DNA from: Amoebidium appalachense
Lineage: Eukaryota; Protista; Ichthyosporea
Direction of reading: 5' to 3'
Assembly: GCA_963693365.1 (NCBI GenBank)
Contig: CAVNZM010000001.1
Span: 14,928,418-14,992,417, forward strand
DNA: 64,000 bases
Of the stretch, positions 27,016-64,000 are shown piece by piece; within the stretch, counting starts at the first letter, position 1, and each line of letters starts with the position of its first letter. The notes below the pieces were generated by a model. The model ran no database searches. It was not told where the DNA came from and worked only from the letters and a program-made list of their open reading frames with translations. The position numbers were made by a program, and so were the translations under genes.

Positions 27016-29605
27016 CTCTAAGCAATGCATCATGCTATGTTCAGTCCGGCACATACCCCGAGAGTGTTTGTTGCGGTGTAAAAATCGACCAGGTCCAAGC
27101 TGTAGGGCACACAGGCAGGCATGTAGTTGAGGGAGTGGAGAGTCGTGGCCAGCCCATGGCATGTGGTCGATGACACACTGAACACCAGCGGCTTCTTCCC
27201 TTGCCCCCACGCACAGTCCCCCAAAAACACGTCCTGCACAAAGCCAAATAATTTTTTTTTTTTTTTTTTTTTTTTGGCCGTCAAAATCTAACGAAAGCAA
27301 TGGTAAAACCTGGACAAATATCGTTGTTTTTTGCCGTCAAACTTTAATGAAATCATCCGGAAGGAATCGTGAGAGTTTAGGGCACTTCACTTTGTGAGAA
27401 CACTTCACTCGTACCAATCACAGGGGAACCGGAAGAGCAGTAGTGGTTGGGGTTGTGGTGGTGGTGATGTTGGAGTGGAGGAAGGGGTGGTGGGGCGGGG
27501 CAGGGGGTTATGTTTTAGAGTGTGTGCATTCCCATTGAGTTAAATGGTGAATGGTGCTGGTGTTGGTTGTGTGGGTGTGTGTCCCTTAAGAGCCTGGGAG
27601 GGATGTAGGGGGTGTAGTACAAACCACCACGGGTAAAATTAAAAAAAAAAAAGCATAGAATGCGGTTAAAAAAAAAAAAAAAAAGTGCAACCCATTCCCA
27701 TTGAAGACTTTAAGACACCCGGTATTGTTTCCAGTATCAACACGCACAAACAAAAAACACAATGCAGTCATAAAAACAGGCAAGAACGGCTTAAGGGTGC
27801 GTGTGTATGTGTGCGGGTGGGTGGGTGGTGGTGGTGGTGGGGGGGGGGGGGGGGGGGGAGGGAGAGAGAGAGAGAGAGGCAGGGGTGGGGAAAGTAGCGG
27901 TGGTGAAATGTGGCACGCAGCAAGAGGCACAACACCACGAGAAAGAAAGTGCAAGGTGTGTGTGTGTCTGAGGCCGCGCACACATGTGTGTGTATATAAG
28001 GGCATTGGGGGGGGGGGTGGGGGTGGGGTGGGGGTGGGGGGGGGGGGGGAGGAGGGGTTGGGGGGGAGGCATGTGTAAGAGATGTATTTGGGGGGGGGGG
28101 GGGGGGGGGGGAGGCAAGCACAACATACAAGATAGCATAAGAAAACAAGAGGGAGTTTTTTATATTTCATTTTTTATTTTTTAGGGTGGTGGAGGAGGTG
28201 GTGGTGTGTGTGTGTGTGTGAGTGTGTGAGTGATTTTGTGTGTGTGTGGCGCGCGGGGGGGGGGGGGGGGGGAGGAGGGGAGGGGAAGGGGAGGGGAGGG
28301 GGGGGGGGAGGGGAGGTTGCACGAAGGGAGTTCACACCTGAAGTGTTCTTCCGCTAGGCCACAAACCAAGGTCATAAGTGAGTGTCTGCAGCCCATCCAC
28401 CACCTTTGTTCCCATAACGGAAAACGGCTTCATTCCGTTTGGTTGCGGTAGCGTGCACGTCCCATTTTGCAGTGTGGATCCCAGCGTCAAATTGAACAGT
28501 TTGACCGTTGCCCCGTCCCTCACCTCGAATGCAATAGGTACCACACGCGCATCGACGAGAATGGGGCTGGCCGAGCCCAGCCCGACCACTGTTACATTCT
28601 GTGGATAATGGGTGGGTGGTTTAAGTAACACATGCGTACATGCTACGGAATGCGAAAAGATTTAAAAGCGTTGTACGGGTACGTATGTTTTTCTCCTTAA
28701 GGACCTAGCCGGGATAAAGGAACAATCCGAGGCGCATATCCATGTAATCGCATATTCATATTATATATATATAATAATTGCATATATGTCAGGCACAGAT
28801 CGAACTCGAGCTGTACGGTAAACGTCCAGTTACGTCCTACTGTCCGGAAGCCAAGCTCCCGAATGTGTCACTTGTGTGTTTTGGACCAATCTCAGAAAGA
28901 TCTAAGAAACCAGGGCTGGAAAATAAAGGAAGACCTTACCCTTGCATTTCATCAAGAAAACGCCAAACGACAAGGAGTGGCACAGAGGTCCATGAACTAC
29001 CTCCTTTGACGGCAGATGCAGGCAAGCACAGGCACGTGTGCATCCCCTTACATGACATGACACACTGAAATGCTCGTCACAAACTTTCGGAAGCACGCAC
29101 ACGGCAACCACACCCCAGAAAAAACACCCACCCCAGCCCACATCCACTGGTACACATTTAAAACCTTACGGCACACACACACACATGCACGTGCAAACAT
29201 GGAAACAAAAGCATACATTTGCTCTGAACGAAAAGCGTGGCAAGAGAGCACACGTTGGGTGGCCCAACTCTCACACCGTGTCATGGACCCAAAGGGGTCA
29301 ACAGGCAAACCTCTGAGTTCCATAATTTGTTTTCTATTACGCACAAAAGGATGCATCCAAGCACACAAAAAACCACGAAAATGGAAGGTAGAACAAGCAA
29401 ATATGCATACCTTGTTCGCAACAACGGTTTTGTCCTCTCTGTACGCACCCGCAGCCAACTCGATAATATCTCCATCTTCGGCACCAGAAAGTGCAACGGA
29501 TAACGAGTTTAGGCCCGGTTCCGGCTTCAACGTGGCTGCATGGGTCACTAAAACACTGCATGCGTATAGAACACCGGCAAGCGCCGGTGAATATAACGGT
29601 CCCAT
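24503..29605 (-). CDS. ~700-aa secreted-type single-pass membrane glycoprotein (exons 29605-29411, 28598-28338, 27233-27057, 25969-24503)
   Basis: All four exons join in phase 0 with GT-AG. Signal peptide MGPLYSPALAGVLYACSVLVTHA; AEDGDIIELAAGAYRE..NKNVTVVG motif like the start of pectin-lyase-type beta-helices; Cys-containing ectodomain with many N-x-S/T sites; A/T-rich stalk; TM AAVVVGSIVGGIVLLVGVGGVY followed by KYQRRR. An extra micro-exon near 26340-26376 is possible. Confidence 0.8.
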
Positions 29606-31707
29606 AACGGGGAAAGGGTTAAACGAAAAGCTTTTCTTGCCTCAGTGTTTCCTTAGTGGACTAATCAATGTGAGTAGTACCGCATACACGTGCTTATGTG
29701 GACATATTCCTTTAGTACTTTTTGCTTGCTTTTAACTTGACCTGCAACGAAATGGTGCAGTTACAGCTAGAGTATTTTGTAATTTTTTTAGGTTTCGGGT
29801 GGAACAGGTGGATAGGAAACGGTTCAGCTGTCACCCAGCTATCGATGGTAACACACTAGAAAGATGTGATGTTGAAAGGACTTGGGCTCATGCCTTCCAT
29901 GTTGATCCAGCTGCGGAGTGAATGAACTAGATAGGAAATCACTGAGATTCTGTGCCCTTTCCACACACCTGCAACGTGTCCCATGAAGAGTTTCACTATA
30001 CCTACACACACAGCTACAAAAAGTGTAGAGAACAGTAGAGCATAGAAGTGCAGGCAACTACACTAAGCCCTCGAAGAACGTGTCACCAATTGTACACGCT
30101 GTTGAAATCAACAGCTGTCTGTACATAGGGGTTGAAATGTGAGTTAAGTCCGTCCTATTTGGGGGTCGTAATGAAACCCCGATAAACTTCCTTTTAATGA
30201 TTGAAATGAACGGAAAATGGTATGTTTCCTGTGTGAAATAAAGTTCCCGGGTCCGACTCTTGCGATTCAATCAAACCCTGTTTAGCTGTGTAAGCATCCC
30301 TACCTTTTGATTGGCTATTTGTATTGTCAAAATCGAAATCTATCTACTGAGCATGATAATTCACCAATAGAATTTGTATAATTTATCACCAGGAACTGAC
30401 CAGTGTGACTATCTGTTGCATGCGCAACTACGCAATAAGTTTTTTATAAAACACACAAAAAAGTAGGAATATCATATTGGCAGTAAAGTGGAATTATTCT
30501 TATACAAAATTACACCTGACTTTTCAGCATATGTAAGGCACCTAAAATTAGAACAGTACTCAACTATTAATGCTTATTTGGCATATGGAGCTAATGATGG
30601 AAGTGTTGGAGCGTGATAATCCACTTCAGCCAGAGCCAATGGAATACATGCATACCCATCTGTCAATATCCGCAGGGCATGGCATCTTGGTTGAACGGTC
30701 GTGTGTGAGATGTATATGTATTGTATTTGACAAGTTTACTCAGATGTCTGCCTATGATTGTCACTTATATTTAGACACCGTCGTGACAAAAGATGTAGCA
30801 ATTCTGCTGTTGAAAATCTGATACAGATTCTACACGTTGTCGGGTTTTTAGCTACGTCCGTAGTGGTAAACTCTGTACGTATACAGATACATGCCAATGA
30901 CTTTTACCATTTCATACCCTGAATTTTATTGCCTTCGCGTAGCCCATTCGACGTTCTAAAAACGCTCACTTGGTTTGTTGTTCAAGTTGTTAGTACTGTC
31001 GAGACGGTCACCTCACGTCAACGTCGGTCGGAGGAGTTGCACGCCCACCTATGTGAATAGGGCTGAAAAGCCCGTGCAGGCAGAGCAAGATTTGAGAAGA
31101 CACGTACGTACAAGATACAGATACTGAGCTGGCCACTGTTTGTAAACGGTCGCCGACGTGCGCGTGACGCGCTCGTTTTCCGCCCTTGAGGTTGATGATG
31201 TACAAGTGGGGATCCGGAAGCGCTGGCTGTTGCACTGGCCCGAAGTTCCGAGCCCCGGCATGATGATGAAGAATGGACATGGACGTTGGGACATGCCGAT
31301 CACCTTTTTTGTGATCATAACTTGCATGCCAATGACATGGCCCGATGATGTGTGTGCGCGAAATTTTTGCGTGCGCCACGCCTGCGTGCGTGCGTGCGTG
31401 CTTGTGTGTGGGTGTGTGTGCGAGCGACGCGTGTGTATGTGCGTGTGTGTGCACGTCCCCGTGCCTGTGTGCGTGTGTGTGCACACCGTGACGGTGTGCC
31501 ACAAGGTCATTTCACATACGTCACGATTTGTGCACGTGAACGAGGGCCTCAGGGGGAGGGAGGGGGGAAGGGGAGGGGGGGGGGGGGGGGGGAGGCAAGT
31601 TTTTCTGTGGTGTAGTGGTGGTGTACGTGGTGGTGGTAGTGCTCCTGCAGCTGGTGGTGGTGGTGGTGGTGCGTGCGTGCGTGTGTGCGTGTGTGTGTGT
31701 GTGTGAC

Positions 31708-31751
<44 letters not shown>

Positions 31752-31815
31752 TGTTTGTGTGTGTGTGTGTGTGTGTACGTGTGTGTGTGTGTGTGACACT
31801 GTGTGTGTGTGCCTT

Positions 31816-31871
<56 letters not shown>

Positions 31872-32759
31872 TTAACTTATATGTGTGTGTGCGCGCGTGT
31901 GTGTTGTGTTTGTGGTGGTGGTTGTGGTGGCGCCACAGTGGTGGTTGTTGTGGTTGTGGTTGTGGTTGTGGTGGTGGTGGGGGGGGGGGGGAGGGGTATT
32001 TTGGACTTTTTTCCTGATCATGCGGTGGTCACGGTGGTGATCGTGCTGGCCGTGCTGGTGGTGGTGGTGGTGGGGGGAGGGGGGGGGGGGGGGGGGGGGG
32101 GGAGGGGGGGGGGGCTCCGGGATGTATAAATTAAATGTGCAGGCGACTGTGCACTGCATGACTTAGTGCATGCATATGACAAACTCTTTCCATATGCCTA
32201 ATCCAAACCACCGTGCTGCAAATGACGATGGTAATCGAAAGGGACCCCCCCCCCCCCCCCAAAAAAAAAAAAAAAAAAAAAAAAAAGAAAGAAAGAAAGA
32301 AAGAAAAAAAGAAAAAGAATACTATGTTAAGGTTCTTTTCAGTACCACCGTATTTAAGTGGGAACTGGGCCGGTGATATTATTACCGTAAAGCACTGTCG
32401 TGATAGTGAATCACTAGCTATAGTTTCGGAAGGAGTCATGATGTATGATGGAGAGCTTGCAAGTTCGGGCCAATCAAAGTATTGTCGTTCCTTATGTATG
32501 GTGTGAGGTGAAGGGGAAGTGTTTTGTGTACATAAACATTATCGTCAGTAGAGTACTAGTATGTGGAATCTCGAGAAAAAGCGCTTGTGGTTGCTGTTGC
32601 GGGAGCACCTATTGAACCTCGCATACATTTGCAGCGTCACACCCTGGGCGATGTCTTATTGGCCTGTTGGTTAGAAAGTGTATTCAAACTCAAAAGTTTG
32701 GTTTTGGTGTTTTTTGGTTTGCTTTGGTTTTTTGAGTTCTTTTAGAAGCAGTCCCCCCT

Positions 32760-32794
<35 letters not shown>

Positions 32795-33189
32795 TAATTG
32801 TTCGTCGGTTTTATAAGTCGAAATTTCCTGCCCCACTGATGAGTTGAAGCAATCACACAGATGATACCCCCCCCCCCCCCCCCCCCCCCCCGGCCCCACA
32901 CACACACACATACACACACATGTACACACATACCCACGCACACACGCACACACACACACCAGCCTGAGGGTCGCACACACCACCTGACCCTATGAGTCAG
33001 CTGCATGTACATGTTCAACTCTTTTCGTAATAAGCTTCTCTGTGAGCTTGGGAAAGTTTAGCTTCAAGGCGACCTCGGCAAATGATTGTCGCCCCGAAAT
33101 AACGATCGAAAAGAAACGTTGAGCCGGAAGCCATGTGTTATTTGGAAAAATTGTGCATCCCCGCGGGCCTTCGAACCCGAAGGTCCTCC

Positions 33190-33266
<77 letters not shown>

Positions 33267-34109
33267 ATTCTATGCACACACCGTGGCACACGCGTGTCCA
33301 CCCACCCCGGCACCCACCCACCGGCCACTCCCGACGGCCGACATAGGTATCAGTGTTGCCTATATATGTAAACGGCAAAGCATCTAGATCTTGTAAGAGC
33401 TGCAACGTGCTAGCATGGTCCAACAGGCTTCGTGCGAAAGGTATTCATAGTGATGTTAGCTCAGTTCGCCGACATTTACAACACAACTTCACGTACGGCG
33501 TGGACGTACTGGATGATCTTCAAAGTGAGTATTTGTATGCAGCATCAGTATCCGACCGGGCCTGAGATGCCGCGATATACACTACTTGGGTTGGTGATGG
33601 CGTACTGCCTGATGATGCTGTGCAGGACAACCAAGATCTGGAGGGGAGCCATTAACATAAATGTTATGCAAAAAAGTTGGAAGAGCCCTGCAACCCAAGC
33701 TTTTCCCCTCACAAATCTCTATTGTTCAAAACCGTTCATGTGGGTCCGAGGCTCACCGTCGGACGCGCCACTCGAGCTCGCTTCGTTTGCGTGGTCATGG
33801 CAAGTGATGTACATGATCTCATGGATTACAAATTACATTGCTATATTTTAAAGGCCTTTTAAACAAACGAGTGGTGACAGCTAACAACTAAAGCGTTTTA
33901 AATGAATAGATCTAAGGGCAACCTATCTTGGCGCCAAAACGCGGCGACTGACTCACTGCCTCTGACTGACTTCGGGCATGCCATCCGTGTCGGAGTTGTT
34001 CTGTGCGTAATTACGGCGAACATCCTTTGATGTGCTTATAGAGAGTATTGGAAAAGATGGTTTGGTATTGCTAAATAGCTTATAGTTAGAGTTTCAAGTA
34101 GTTGCGAAA

Positions 34110-63499
<29,390 letters not shown>

Positions 63500-63611
63500 G
63501 GTGGGTGGTGTCTGCGTATGTTTGTGTGTGTGTGTGTGTGTGTGTTTTTTTTTGTTTTTTTTTTTGGGGGGGGGGGGAGGGGAGGGGGAGGGGCTGGGGT
63601 GGTATGTGTAT

Positions 63612-63642
<31 letters not shown>

Positions 63643-63682
63643 GGGGGGGGAGGGGGGTGTATGTGTGTGTGTGGGGGGGGGG

Positions 63683-63755
<73 letters not shown>

Positions 63756-64000
63756 GTGTCGTGCAGGTATGCCTGCAATGCAATGCGCTTTTGTGTTCTG
63801 TTACTGTGTGTTGGTGGGATAAATCATTAGGGGTGAGATAGACGTACCTACAATGCTATGATAAAATACACCCATCCTGTCATAGTATTCATAAGTCAAG
63901 GTAGATATAACTTAAAGCAGACTAGTTATCCTAGCGCCGTATTGACTGATAAGGTAATGTGTGATACAACGAAATTGCACTAATTATCCTCGCTTAGTAT

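Overview
Eukaryotic, very intron-rich genomic DNA whose introns are filled with (GT/AC)n microsatellites and long poly-G/poly-C runs, so nearly all entries in the six-frame ORF track are low-complexity artefacts. Splicing by hand gives five protein-coding genes: the 3' end of an unidentified gene (+, ends 2576) with a tRNA-Gly(GCC) inside its last intron; a complete 3-exon 108-aa small basic protein (-, 4033-7091); a complete U2AF65/U2AF2 gene (+, 9575-20952); a ~700-aa single-pass membrane glycoprotein (-, 24503-29605); and a large ATRX-like SNF2 remodeller (+, 34110 to beyond the window end). Non-coding features include two TIR/MITE-like elements and several intronic tandem repeats. The three most unusual signals are (1) a 452-nt, strongly base-paired dispersed and tandem repeat family with a fixed 3' end that runs into C-tracts (retrozyme/SINE-like candidate; no complete ribozyme could be built by eye), (2) three ADD zinc-finger modules plus a C2-like segment in the ATRX N-terminus, and (3) at least seven duplicated 'echoes' of exon-intron junctions inside introns. 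The organism cannot be identified from the sequence alone. All gene models are manual and have no RNA support.
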